From Gekko japonicus (lineage: Eukaryota), in NCBI RefSeq assembly GCF_001447785.1, contig NW_015172564.1, positions 920,736 to 984,735 on the forward strand: a DNA stretch of 64,000 nt, written 5' to 3'. Below are positions 1-12,484 of the stretch, one piece after another (the stretch's first letter is position 1; every line of letters starts with the position of its first letter). Under the pieces are notes generated by a model that did no database searches, had not been told where the DNA came from, and was given only the letters and a program-made list of their open reading frames with translations. Both the position numbers and the translations under genes were made by a program.

Positions 1-174
1 TGGTTTCCCCCCTGTGGGATTTAGTTCTGATGTTATTTATTGAAAGGCTGGGTGAGGGGTGCTTTCGGGGGGGGGGAGAGCTGATTCTTGGATGGGGGAA
101 TGACCTGCAGAATGTACAGACCACTATTCCCCACCCCCCAACTTCTTCTGATTTGTCTATTAAAGTACCAAAGA

Positions 175-536
175 GAAAAAGGAGGTCTTGTGTGGCTAGC
201 AGCTATGATGACTAAATGGAACCTCCGTGCTCAGCGGCAGTCAGCCTCTGAATCTCAGTGCCAGGAGGCAACATCATCAGGGGAAGGCCTTGGCCTCAAT
301 GCCCTGTTGTTGGCCGTCCAGAGGAACTGGTTGGCCACAGGGTGAGACAGGAGGCTGGGCTACACAGGCCTTCACTGGTCTGATCCAGCACGGCTCCTCT
401 GGTGTTCTAATGAAGGCCTCAGCCTCCCTGCCCTGTTGGTTGGCCCTCCAGAGGAACTGGTTGGCTCCTGTGTGAGACAGGATGCTGGACTACATAGACC
501 ACTGGTTAGATCCAGCAGGGCTTTTCTTATGTTCTA
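175..536 (+). mobile_element. CR1 LINE 3' end with one internal duplication of the terminal unit
   Basis: Ends ...gatccagcagggcttttcttatgttct (CR1-type tail); two copies of the gaaggcct...gttct unit. Confidence 0.7.
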
Positions 537-775
537 AATCAATAGGGAGAAGCACCGGTGGATGTTGTATGAGCTTTTCCAAACCCTCAGGGCCACCACA
601 GGAAAGGCCCTGCTCCTCCTAGCGGTGGTTTAACCCACTTCCAAATGCTGGCATTCACAGCAGTACCAAACGCCCAGCATCCTGAAGATCTAGAAGGGGT
701 ATGTGTGCTGTCCCATCAGACCATCAACCTTAGAGGCCTCAGTTTCAGTTGCTGTTTTCTTTCATCTCTCTTTTT

Positions 776-1030
776 TGGTGTTGTGGTTAAGTGTGCGGAC
801 TCTAATCTGGGAGAACCGGGTTTGATTCCCTCTCCTCCTCCACTTGCACCTGCTAGATGACCTTGGGCAAGCCATAGTTTTCTCAGAGCTGTTCTCTCAA
901 AGGGCAGTTCTCGAAAGAACTCTCTCAGCCCCACCTGGTGTGGGGAGAGGAAGGGAAAGGAGCTTGTAAGCCGCTCTGAGACTCCGAGTGAAGGGAGAGA
1001 TATAAATCCAATCTCTTCTCTTCTTCTTTT
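776..1030 (+). mobile_element. tRNA-derived SINE (Squam3-like)
   Basis: A-box-like tggtgttgtggttaag, B-box-like gggtttgattccc, (ttc)n tail. Confidence 0.8.
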
Positions 1031-1539
1031 TTGTCCAGAGGTAAACAGCCGTCCACTTTTCTGTCCGGGGGAGGGAACTTGAGAACATAAGGGAAGCCAA
1101 TGTTGGATCAGGCCAATGGCCCACTGTTAGCCAAATTGCCTTAATTAATTAATAAGCTTGGGGAATTATGAATATTAAATGGAAATAGGCATAAAATATG
1201 GGACCATAACCCATTCCCAGAGCCCATGAATAGACGAGGAAGCTATGTTATTAGAATAACTCATTTCTTTACTAAATGTTCTTCAAGCATACAAATAACA
1301 ATCAAGCATTCACACACACAATACAGAGCTAAGAATACAGAGCTGAAAGGACAGCAACGTTTGCATGAACAGGAATATCATTGGTGGGTAATACGTTTTT
1401 TTTTAATGTTTTTTTATTGAGGTGGGTAATACGTTACCTGCCCGATGAGACGATCATGCAGCGAAATATGAAACACACTAAAGGGGAAGGGATCATGAGT
1501 TGACCAGCAACACACGTGGACTGATTTCAAACCAGCCAA

Positions 1540-2163
1540 GAACATAGAATCATAGAATGTTAGAATTGGAAGGGACCTTGCAGGTCATCTAGTCCAACCC
1601 CCTGCACTCTGCAGGAGCATAGCCAAAAGATAGCCCTACATACCTACAACATACCCGAAAGATGGCCGTCCAGCCTCCGCTTGAAAACATCCAGCGAAGG
1701 AGCATCCACCACCTCCCGAGGCAGACTGTTCCACTGCTCAGCCACTCTTACAGTTAGGAAGTTTCTCCTGATATTTACCCGGTAATGACTCCCTTGTCAT
1801 TTCCACCCATTAGACCTAGTCTTGCAATCCGGAGCAAGAGAGAAGAGATCCGCTCCATCTTCTACATCACAGCCCTTCAGATACTTGAAGACTGCAATCA
1901 TGTCCCCTCTAAGCCTTCTCTTTCCCAGGCGAAACAGACCCAACTCTTTCAGCCTTTCCTCCTAAGACTTGGATTCCAACCCTCTCGCCATCCTGGTTGC
2001 CCTCTTCTGGACACGCTTGAGCTTGTCAACATCCTTCCTAAAATGTGGTGCCCAAAACTGGACATGGGACTCCAGGTGAGGCTTGACCATAGCAGAATAG
2101 AGTGGAACTACCGCCTCCCTTGATCTGGACACAATGCTTCTCTTAATGCATCCTAAAATTGCA
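1540..2163 (-). mobile_element. CR1 LINE 3' fragment
   Basis: (atagaatc)n tail and ggtcatctagtccaacccc; same family at 25159, 27696 and 49156. Confidence 0.85.
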
Positions 2164-2200
2164 GATTAACAGAACCAACAAGGTAGGATGGGGTTAGGAG

Positions 2201-2410
2201 CAGTGTTCCCTCTAAGCTGAGCTAGTGTGAGCCAGCTCACAGTTTGTTAGCCTCCGGCTCACACATTTTTGCCTTAGCTCAGGAAGGAGGCCTCCAAAAG
2301 AGCAAACTAATTTCTGCAGCAGCCAAATCGCTCGCTCACAGCTTTAATGCCAGGAGCTCACAAAGTAGAATTTTTTGCTCACCAGTCTCCACAGCTTAGA
2401 GGGAGCACTG
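2201..2410 (+). mobile_element. ~205-bp hAT MITE (CAGTGTTCCCTCTAAGCT family)
   Basis: TIRs; TSD gttaggag/gtgaggag. Confidence 0.85.
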
Positions 2411-3394
2411 GTGAGGAGAGGAAGAAGCAAGAGACTGAGCTCAGGGAGAGCCCACCTTAAATAGCCAAGTTGTGACCTGAGGCCATGGCTCATGTGGCCC
2501 CTGGTTCCCAAGAAGTCCTAAGCTCTGGATGGGGGCATAACGGGATTAATAGCTGGGCAATTGGAAATGGATGGTCGGCAGGGAGGGACACCTCTGAGCG
2601 AAGGAGCTGAGACAAAGGAGAGAGTGGAGAGAACCAGTCAGTAGCAGGTCTGGTGCTCCGCGTTAATGATCAGATGCTTGACAGCGGCTCTTATCTGGAT
2701 GGGTAGCAGGAAGGCTTAATCGCTCCTATGGTCTTTAGCTGGGCACAGTCTTTTGTTTAGGCTGTCTTAGGAGGAAGAGGAACGTGATGCTTTCCAGGTG
2801 AAGCTAACACACAAGGAGAAGGGGGGGGGAATGCTGCATGATGGAGAAGAGATTCCCTCATGGCTCTCTCTGTCCTCTGCCAGAGCACGGCTTCTTCTCT
2901 GATCCGCTGCTGTCTCTGCGTGCACAGAGGCCAGGGCTGCTGGTCTGCATCCCAGTGCTTGGGGTGGGTGCAGAGGTGCAAAGGGGCAGGAGGTTTCTGT
3001 AGTCCCGGGTCCACATCTGGCTCGGCATACGTCTTAGCCACAAGGCTCCCCCTGGCCCCAGTGTACACTCCACGGTCCATAACGGGGGACTTATCTTAGG
3101 AACACAGCTCTGTCCATTGCCCTGGCACACCCTCCTCGCAGTCCAGCAAGGCAGTCGTATCTGAAGTGGCTGCAGGCCAACACCATCCAGTCGAACATAC
3201 TACTCGGACTACTCATAAAACAGAGCACAATTGTGGGCAAATTTAGTCCTTGGGATGCTGTAAGCACAGGCTCCTCCCCCCCACCACCAAAAAACAACAC
3301 CACCCTTGATTTTGACTGAGTCTTCCAGCACGGGTGCCTCTGAGCAGGTAGAGGATGTCTCTCTTTCCCCAGCGAGTCTCATCACAATGTGTTT

Positions 3395-5092
3395 CATGAC
3401 AGTTCATGGAGGAGAGGTCTATCAGTAGCTGCTAGCCTTGGTGTTCAGAGGCAGTCAATCTGAATCCCGGAGCCATGAGGCAGCCTCAGAGGAAGGCCCC
3501 GGCCTCTCTGCCCTGTTACTGGTCGTCCAGAGGAACTGGCTGGCCCCTGTGTGAGACGGGAGGCTGGACTAGAGGGACCCTCCCTGGTCTGACCCAGCAG
3601 GGCTCTTCTGGTGTTCTAATGAAGGCCTCGGCCTCTCTGCCCTGTTCTTGGCCCTCCAGAGGGACTGGCTGGCCCCTGTGTGGGACGGGAGGCTGGACTG
3701 GAGGGACCCTCCCTGGTCTGACCCAGCAGGGCTCTTCTGGTGTTCTAATGAAGGCCTCGGCCTCTCTGCCCTGTTCTTGGCCCTCCAGAGGGACTGGCTG
3801 GCCCCTGTGTGGGACGGGAGGCTGGACTGGAGGGACCCTCCCTGGTCTGACCCAGCAGGGCTCTTCTGGTGTTCTAATGAAGGCCTCGGCCTCTCTGCCC
3901 TGTGCTTGGCCCTCCAGAGGGACTGGCTGGCCCCTGTGTGGGACGGGAGGCTGGACTGGAGGGACCCTCCCTGGTCTGACCCAGCAGGGCTCTTCTGGTA
4001 TTCTTCTCAGGGGAAGGCCTCGGCCTCTCTGCCCTGTGCTTGGCCCTCCAGAGGGACTGGCTGGCCCCTGTGTGGGACGGGAGGCTGGACTGGAGGGACC
4101 CTCCCTGGTCTGACCCAGCAGGGCTCTTCTGGTATTCTTCTCAGGGGAAGGCCTCGGCCTCTCTGCCCTGTTGCTGGCCCTCCAGAGGAACTGGCTGGCC
4201 CCTGTGTGAGAGATGATGCCGGACTGGATGGACCCTCCCTGGTCTGACCCAGCAGGGCTCTTCTGGTATTCTTCTCAGGGGAAGGCCTCGGCCTCTCTGC
4301 CCTGTTGCTGGCCCTCCAGAGGAACTGGCTGGCCCCTGTGTGAGACGGGAGGCTGGACTGGATGGACCCTCCCTGGTCTNNNNNNNNNNNNNNNNNNNNN
4401 NNNNNNNNNNNNNNNNNNNNNNNNNNNNNNNNNNNNNNNNNNNNNNNNNNNNNNNNNNNNNNNNNNNNNNNNNNNNNNNNNNNNNNNNNNNNNNNNNNNN
4501 NNNNNNNNNNNNNNNNNNNNNNNNNNNNNNNNNNNNNNNNNNNNNNNNNNNNNNNNNNNNNNNNNNNNNNNNNNNNNNNNNNNNNNNNNNNNNNNNNNNN
4601 NNNNNNNNNNNNNNNNNNNNNNNNNNNNNNNNNNNNNNNNNNNNNNNNNNNNNNNNNNNNNNNNNNNNNNNNNNNNNNNNNNNNNNNNNNNNNNNNNNNN
4701 NNNNNNNNNNNNNNNNNNNNNNNNNNNNNNNNNNNNNNNNNNNNNNNNNNNNNNNNNNNNNNNNNNNNNNNNNNNNNNNNNNNNNNNNNNNNNNNNNNNN
4801 NNNNNNNNNNNNNNNNNNNNNNNNNNNNNNNNNNNNNNNNNNNNTGGATGGACCCTCCCTGGTCTGACCCAGCAGGGCTCTTCTGGTGTTCTTCTCAGGG
4901 GAAGGCCTCGGCCTCTCTGCCCTGTTGTTGGCCCTCCAGAGGAACTGGCTGGCCACTGAGTGAAACAGGAGGCTGGACTAGATGGACCCTCCCTGGTCTG
5001 ACCCAGCAGGGCTCTTCTGAGATTCCTATTAGGGGAAGGCCTCGGCCTCTATGCCCTGTTTTTGGCCCTCCAGAAGAACGGGTTGGCCACTT
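3395..5092 (+). repeat. Tandem array of 129/134-bp CR1-3'-derived units (array 1; contains gap 4380-4844)
   Basis: Unit starts at 3492, 3621, 3750, 3879, 4013, 4147, 4281, 4901, ~5035; preceded by upstream CR1 sequence 3395-3490. Confidence 0.9.
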
Positions 5093-5214
5093 GTTGGGAT
5101 TCTTAATTCAAGGTCGATGGTTGTATTACAAACACAAGAGCCACACTTAGTAAAATAAAAATATCTTTACTATAAAAACAAAATAAAACATGGGTATGGT
5201 ACTTTGGATAAAAG

Positions 5215-5608
5215 CAGGGCTTTTTTTGTAGAAAAAGCCCAGCAGGAACTCTTTAGCATAATAGGCCACACCCAACAACAGAAACTCATTAGCATATCCA
5301 GCCACACCCATGAGAGCATAGCTCATTAGCATATTAGGCCGCACCCCCATGTTACCAGAAGTATAGTCATCCAGCCACACCCACCTTTTGCTTCTTATTC
5401 TGTTTACCTTGTTTATTGTCAAAACCTAGGGCTTTTTTTGTAGCAGGAACTCCTTTGCATGTTAGGACACACCCCTAATGTAGCCAATTCTAATGAGTTT
5501 CTGCTATTGGGTGTGGCCTATTATGCTAATGAGTTCCTGCTGGGCGTGGTCAACTTGGGAGCCAGCCGGAACTCTGTTCCTGTGTGTTCCTGCCCCAAAA
5601 TAGCCCTG
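5215..5608. mobile_element. hAT-like MITE fragments (cagggctttttttgtag...agccctg)
   Basis: Terminal inverted motif and repeated gcatattaggccacaccc units. Confidence 0.55.
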
Positions 5609-5943
5609 GATAAAAGAAATAAAAGTTACATACCTGCAGTTACTCTCAGTAATATATGCTAACAGCTACATCTTTCCATCTGTCTTGACTTCTAAAAGAG
5701 AACTACCGCTTTGGTTCACACAAAGGGCCATAAACTTGTGAATACATTAATGCTAGATCAAAGCATTTCTACAAACAAGATGTTAGTTTACCAATACAAA
5801 GGTTACAGGTCACTTCATTAGGATAAAATACTCCCACAAACTTTCCCGCCATTGAATGCATTATGTAACATAACATCTTGTTTGCTAACAAACAACATTT
5901 AACTCTGTAATGGCTGAAGTGTAAGCAACTTGCAATTCCCACA

Positions 5944-8520
5944 CCACTGTGTGAGACAAAATGCTGGACTAGAAGGACCCGCACTGGTCTGATCCAGCAG
6001 GGCTCTTCTAATCTTCATATGAAGGCCCCAGCCTCTCTGGCCTGTTGTTGGCCCTCAAGAGGAACTGGTTGGCTGCTGTGTAACACAGTATACTGGACTA
6101 GATGGAACCTCACCAACCTAATCCAGCAGGGCTCTTCTGATCATCTTATCAAGGGAAGGCCTTGGCCTCTATGCCTTGTTGTTGGCCCTCCAGAAGAACT
6201 GGTTGGCCAGTGTGTGAGACAGGGTGCTGGAGTAGACGGACCCTCACTGGTCTGATCCAGCAGGGTTCTTCTAATGTTCTTACAAAGGCCTCAGCCTCTC
6301 TGCCATGTTTTTGGTTGTCCAGATGAATTGGCTGGCCACTGTGAGAGACAGAATACTGGACTAGATGGACCCTCACTGGCCTGATCCAATAGAGCTCTCC
6401 TGATGTTCTCATGAAGGCCTAGTACTCTATGCCCCATTGTTGGCCCTCCAGAAGAACTGGTTGGCCAGTGTGTGAGACAGGGTGCTGGAGTAGACGGACC
6501 CTCACTGGTCTGATCCAGCAGGGCTCCTGATGATCTTATCAAGGGAAGGCCTCGGCCTCAGCCTCTCTGCCCTGTTGTTGGCCCTGGCCTCGGCCTCTAT
6601 GCCCTGTTGTTGGCCCTGCAGAGGAACTGGCTGGTTGCTGTGTGAGACAGGGTGCTGGAGTAGACGGACCCTCCCTGGTCTCACCCAGCAGGGCTCTTCT
6701 GAGGTTCTTCTCAGGGGAAGGCCTCGGCCTCTCTGCCCTGTTGTTGGCCCTGCAGAGGAACTGGCTGGCCCCTGTGTGAGACGGGGTGCTGGAGTAGACG
6801 GACCCTCCCTGGTCTGACCCATCAGGGCTCTTCTGAGGTTCTTCTCAGGGGAAGGCCTCGGCCTCTCTGCCCTGTTGTTGGCCCTCCAGAGGGACTGGCT
6901 GGTTGCTGTGTGAGACAGGGTGCTGGAGTAGACGTTCTCAGGGGAAGTCCTCGGCCTCTCTGCCCTGTTGTTGGCCCTCCAGAGGGACTGGCTGGTTGCT
7001 GTGTGAGACAGGGTGCTGGAGTAGACGGACCCTCCCTGGTCTCACCCAGCAGGGCTCTTCTGAGGTTCTTCTCAGGGGAAGGCCTCGGCCTCTATGCCCT
7101 GTTGTTGGCCCTGCAGAGGAACTGGCTGGTTGCTGTGTGTGACAGGGTGCTGGAGTAGACGGACCCTCCCTGGTCTCACCCAGCAGGGCTCTTCTGAGGT
7201 TCTTCTCAGGGGAAGGCCTCGGCCTCTCTGCCCTGTTGTTGGCCCTGCAGAGGAACTGGCTGGCCCCTGTGTGAGACGGGAGGCTGGACTGGAAGGACCC
7301 TCCCTGGTGTGGCCCAGCAGGGCTCNNNNNNNNNNNNNNNNNNNNNNNNNNNNNNNNNNNNNNNNNNNNNNNNNNNNNNNNNNNNNNNNNNNNNNNNNNN
7401 NNNNNNNNNNNNNNNNNNNNNNNNNNNNNNNNNNNNNNNNNNNNNNNNNNNNNNNNNNNNNNNNNNNNNNNNNNNNNNNNNNNNNNNNNNNNNNNNNNNN
7501 NNNNNNNNNNNNNNNNNNNNNNNNNNNNNNNNNNNNNNNNNNNNNNNNNNNNNNNNNNNNNNNNNNNNNNNNNNNNNNNNNNNNNNNNNNNNNNNNNNNN
7601 NNNNNNNNNNNNNNNNNNNNNNNNNNNNNNNNNNNNNNNNNNNNNNNNNNNNNNNNNNNNNNNNNNNNNNNNNNNNNNNNNNNNNNNNNNNNNNNNNNNN
7701 NNNNNNNNNNNNNNNNNNNNNNNNNNNNNNNNNNNNNNNNNNNNNNNNNNNNNNNNNNNNNNNNNNNNNNNNNNNNNNNNNNNNNNNNNNNNNNNNNNNN
7801 NNNNNNNNNNNNNNNNNNNNNNNNNNNNNNNNNNNNNNNNNNNNNNNNNNNNNNNNNNNNNNNNNNNNNNNNNNNNNNNNNNNNNNNNNNNNNNNNNNNN
7901 NNNNNNNNNNNNNNNNNNNNNNNNNNNNNNNNNNNNNNNNNNNNNNNNNNNNNNNNNNNNNNNNNNNNNNNNNNNNNNNNNNNNNNNNNNNNNNNNNNNN
8001 NNNNNNNNNNNNNNNNNNNNNNNNNNNNNNNNNNNNNNNNNNNNNNNNNNNNNNNNNNNNNNNNNNNNNNNNNNNNNNNNNNNNNNNNNNNNNNACCCAT
8101 CAGGGCTCTTCTGAGGTTCTTCTCAGGGGAAGGCCTCGGCGTCTCTGCCCTGTTGTTGGCCCTCCAGAGGGACTGGCTGGTTGCTGTGTGAGACAGGATG
8201 CTGGAGTAGACGGACCCTCCCTGGTCTGACCCATCAGGGCTCTTCTGAGGTTCTTCTCAGGGGAAGGCCTCGGCCTCTCTGCCCTGTTGCTGGCCCTCCA
8301 GAGGGACTGGCTGGCCCCTGTGTGAGACGGGAGGCTGGACTGGAGGGACCCTCCCTGGTCTGACCCAGCAGGGCTCTTCTGAGGTTCTTATCAGGGGAAG
8401 GCCTTGGCCTCTCTGCCCTGTTGCTGGCCCTCCAGAGGGACTGGCTGGTTGCTGTCTGTGTGAGGCGGGATGCCGGACTGGATGGACCCTCACTGGGCTG
8501 ATCCTGCAGGGCTGTTCTAA
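5944..8520 (+). repeat. Tandem array of the same CR1-3'-derived unit (array 2; contains gap 7326-8094)
   Basis: About 14 visible units; divergent on the left, near-identical around the gap. Confidence 0.9.
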
Positions 8521-9236
8521 CATTCTGCTCTCTCTGTCAGTTGGAACCCAACATGAGTGGTCCGGGCTGTCAGTCATACTTTTCGCCTCCTTTTTGGGAA
8601 AAAGACACCGGCTTCTGAGCCAAATCCACCATCCATTCTGTGCTTCTGCCCATGAAGGGGCTCGGCCCTTGCCGTCCCCAGAGCAGCCTCGTCTGCAGCC
8701 TGGAAGTCTCTGTGGGTGGCAGCAGGTACCAATCATGCCAGCTCCTGCATGTCTGTGGGCAGCCCCCCCCCCAGCCACCGCAGGCAGCCAGGCCTTGGGG
8801 GGTAAAAATTCAAACCAAACCCAGATTTCCTGTGATCCCTCTTCCAATAGAAACGGCTGCTGAGCCTGGACTGACTCTCCAAGGCAGCCTCTGGCTTTCC
8901 CGCTTGCTCCCGCGGGGCTTCGTAGACTTGGCAGCCGGTTTTGGTGCCCAGCGCCAAAAGGAGAGACACCCACTGGCAGTAGCCCCCCCCCCGCAGAGCC
9001 CTGGGGGCTGGAGGCGGAGAAGCCGTGGCAGGGCCAAGTGGCAGAGCCGGCCTGTCCGGGAAGCTCGGGGGAGCCAGCCTGGCACGGGAGAGCCGCCTCT
9101 GCAGGTGGTTCCCGAAACCTGGGGTGCCGCCGGTTCCCAGCAGGCTGCTCCACACCCCTGCGCGGAACAGCTGCCAGCGACGCAGCCGGGAACGGCCCCG
9201 GGAGGGGGGTGGTGGCCTTGGAGACTCCGGCCACAG

Positions 9237-9406
9237 CAAGGCCCCCTCTAAGTTGTGGAGTCTACTTGGTGATCTCCGGTCATTAAAGCTGTGAGGAAGC
9301 GATCTGGCTCCTGCATAAATGCGTTTGCTCTGGAGCCCTCCTTCCTGAGCCGGAGGCTAAGCAATGGTGAGCCAGCTCACACTAACTCAGCTTGGAGGGA
9401 ATACTG
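9237..9406 (-). mobile_element. Same MITE family, decayed copy
   Basis: Reverse-complement similarity to 2201-2410. Confidence 0.7.
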
Positions 9407-9608
9407 GCCGCCTCCGCCCTCCGCCTGGGCCCCCTGTCACTACCGGGGAGGGGCAGCTGTCGGCCGGGGGTCGCAAAGGCAGGCAGGCAGGCAGGGAGGT
9501 GGGTGGGGGTGGCCGNNNNNNNNNNNNNNNNNNNNNNNNNNNNNNNNNNNNNNNNNNNNNNNNNNNNNNNNNNNNNNNNNNNNNNNNNNNNNNNNNNNNN
9601 NNNNNNNN

Positions 9609-9927
9609 CGAGGAGGAGGGGCGGGTGTGCGGCGCGTGTGCGGCGCGGGGCGGCGGCGGCGGCGGCGACCTCTCCTCCTCCTCCTCCTCCTCCTCGGTCG
9701 GCGTCGTCGGGGGCCCGGGCGCGGGTCCTTCCGGGGGCCGGCCGCGTCCTTCTCCCTCCGCCTCCCGTGCGCGTGACGTGGAGGCGCCGCCAGCAGAGGG
9801 CCCCGCAGCAGTAGCGGCAGCAGCGGCAGCAGCACCACCAGGCAGCAGCACCACCGGCGGGCCGAGACGCCGCTCCGGGCTCGGCGGGAGGGGAAGGGGG
9901 GCGCGCGCCCTGCCGGGCCGAGAGGCG
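9609..9927 (+). promoter_or_regulatory. TPST2: CpG island and probable non-coding exon 1 of TPST2 (start hidden by N-gap)
   Basis: Very CpG-dense, with GGC/CTC/GCA runs and GC boxes. Ends at donor GCG|gtgag (9928), just before a gap. Confidence 0.65.
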
Positions 9928-12484
9928 GTGAGNNNNNNNNNNNNNNNNNNNNNNNNNNNNNNNNNNNNNNNNNNNNNNNNNNNNNNNNNNNNNNNNNNNN
10001 NNNNNNNNNNNNNNNNNNNNNNNNNNNNNNNNNNNNNNNNNNNNNNNNNNNNNNNNNNNNNNNNNNNNNNNNNNNNNNNNNNNNNNNNNNNNNNNNNNNN
10101 NNNNNNNNNNNNNNNNNNNNNNNNNNNNNNNNNNNNNNNNNNNNNNNNNNNNNNNNNNNNNNNNNNNNNNNNNNNNNNNNNNNNNNNNNNNNNNNNNNNN
10201 NNNNNNNNNNNNNNNNNNNNNNNNNNNNNNNNNNNNNNNNNNNNNNNNNNNNNNNNNNNNNNNNNNNNNNNNNNNNNNNNNNNNNNNNNNNNNNNNNNNN
10301 NNNNNNNNNNNNNNNNNNNNNNNNNNNNNNNNNNNNNNNNNNNNNNNNNNNNNNNNNNNNNNNNNNNNNNNNNNNNNNNNNNNNNNNNNNNNNNNNNNNN
10401 NNNNNNNNNNNNNNNNNNNNNNNNNNNNNNNNNNNNNNNNNNNNNGGTGGAGAGCATCGTCTAGGCAGGGCCACCCCGGGTGCTCTGAAGGCGCCGCGGC
10501 CTGGGCCGCTTTCTTCCTCGCGAGGAGGAGTGCAGCAGGAGAGACCTGGGTGGCTGTCAGCAGACCTGCCCCGAGTCGGGTCGAGGGGGAAGGAGGCCGG
10601 CTGGCCTCCCGTGCCAGGAGCCTCTCTCGGAGGAGTCCTCTTGTAGGGGGGGGGGACTGAGGCCGGGGGCCGGAGCCACACAGCACAGGGCTGGGATCGG
10701 GGCCCGGCAGCTCCCTCTTCTTGGCCTGTGCGTGCGGGGCCAGCGGAAGGCCACCTGCCCGTTTTCTGCAAGGATGCCCACTTATGGCGCCCACAGGAAG
10801 CCGCCGCCTTCTGAATCAGATGGTGGGTCCGTGGAGGTCAGGCCGGCAGCTGCTCTCCGGCAGAGACCAATCTCGCACAGCACCGGCTCCCAGGGCCTTG
10901 TCACTGAGGAGGCTGCCGGAGATTGAACCTGGGACCTTCCGCAGCCCAAGCAGAGGCTCAGCCACCGAGCCACAGCTTTGCTGGATGAGGCCCCTGGTCC
11001 ATCTCGTCCAGCATCCGGTTTCACACCGCAGCCAGGCAGCTGCCCTGGAGGACCCACAGACGGGGCATAGAGGGCGAGGCCTCCCCCTGTGCCGCTTCCC
11101 AGGACTGGGGCTCATGACTACTGGCCACTCCGGGGCCTCTCCTCAAACCCCCTCTGACAGCCCTCTGGACTTGTGGCCAGCACGGTCTCCACTGGCAGGG
11201 AATGCCACCGGCCGAGTTGGGCTGAGGTGCCAGGGCAAGGAGGCCTCGGTGAGCACTCTGCTCAAGAGCTGCCCTGGTGTGCCCGAAGCAGGCAAAACTC
11301 TCTTTGGGGGAGCGCAGGGGCCTGAGCAGAGGCCTCCAGGACTCAGGAAGCAGATGGGAGCTGAGGGCTCTGAGACTGAGGCTGCTAAATGCACCCCGCC
11401 TCCCACACTTGCCTTCCTGTTGCAGTCAGAGGCAGACCGAGAGACCGGAAACATCGTTCAGGCAATTCTCATTTTGCATTATCATTAAAGTGTGAAACTG
11501 CCCAGAAGCATTTTTCAGGCAAGTCTCATTTCGCACTATCGTTAAAGCGTGAAACTGTCAGGGTTGTGCAAATGGTATTTGTGGGTTTGGGTTTCTTTTT
11601 TTTAAAGCATGCTTCATCTGAGAGGAGAAGTTCTAGAGAATTCTAACTTGGATCCCCCCCTCCCCCAACTGAAATCGATGTTCTGATGCAATTTTTAAAA
11701 ACACTATTTCCAAAGGCTGGTGTGGCTGAACTGTGGAGGTGCCCCCCCCAAAGCAGTCCAGAAGAGTGTTTCCCACTTGGCAAGGCAGAGTGGGAGAGGA
11801 CTGCCATTCAGCATGCCCGCCTTGGCCTCCAGAAGCAAAGGTTGCAGGGTTGTTCTTGGTGTGAAGCGCTGTTCTGTCTGAAGCCCCGCGTGCGTGTGTT
11901 GCGCGTGTTTTGTGTTCCATGGCAGGCAGGTGAGTTTTCAGCATAGCTCTTTCCTGTTCCTTTCCTTGAATGTGTGAAATAGCCGCTTGGAGCTCTTGAG
12001 CACCTTGTTCCCAGAAATGCAAAGATCCAGCCAATGAGAAGGATTTCCCTGCTTGTTCGGTGCCAGCAGGCAGGGAGGGCAGAGAAGGGTGAACTGGCTT
12101 TGGCGGAGGCCCAGCCCAACAAGGGGCTGTTCCCCGGGCGGAGGAGCGCTGGAGGCCCCAGGAGGGGACTGCTTAATCCTTGGACTGACTCCTTTGTGCC
12201 CTCCCCCCCCCCTTGTGCAAACGGGAGGCAGTTCCTGGAGCCACAGTGGTCTTCTCTCTAGCAGCAGCAGCTGAAAGAAAGCCCTCGAGGTGACTGACTG
12301 GAACCGAAGATGCCTGGTGCATCTTGAAACCTTTCCAGCCGTGCTGGTATAGAGCGCTGCTGGCATTTCCTCATTTGCCAGTGGCACTTTCCCTGTCCCC
12401 TTGCTTTGGGGGGTGGTGGGGGGGGGAAGACTCGTTTTTTCATTAAAGAAATGCTGCTCCAGTTCGTGATCCCCAAAGTTTTAG

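Larger units (their letters stand above)
1125..3182. mobile_element. Putative solo LTR carrying nested insertions
   Basis: TGTTAGCC...GGCCAACA termini, ccac/ccat flanks; interrupts a CR1 tail that resumes at 3183 (ccatccagtcgaaca). Confidence 0.5.

Noticed and set aside
776-840. tRNA genes at SINE heads
   Set aside because: A/B-box-like heads of a multi-copy SINE; no complete cloverleaf.
3475-4247. ORFs encoding 43-aa W/C/P-rich repeats
   Set aside because: By-product of a 129-bp unit that is a multiple of 3; the frame breaks at the 134-bp variant and the sequence is a CR1 tail.
3492-8520. CRISPR-like regular repeats
   Set aside because: Eukaryotic tandem repeat with no unique spacers and no cas genes.
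8257-9251. 325-aa and 203-aa ORFs upstream of TPST2
   Set aside because: GC-rich low-complexity translations open in several frames, with no recognisable domain, running into the repeat array.
4141-10794. Long ORFs full of X (also 46626-47927)
   Set aside because: They only read through N-gaps (4380-4844, 7326-8094, 9516-9608, 9933-10445, 16034-16103, 46711-47684).
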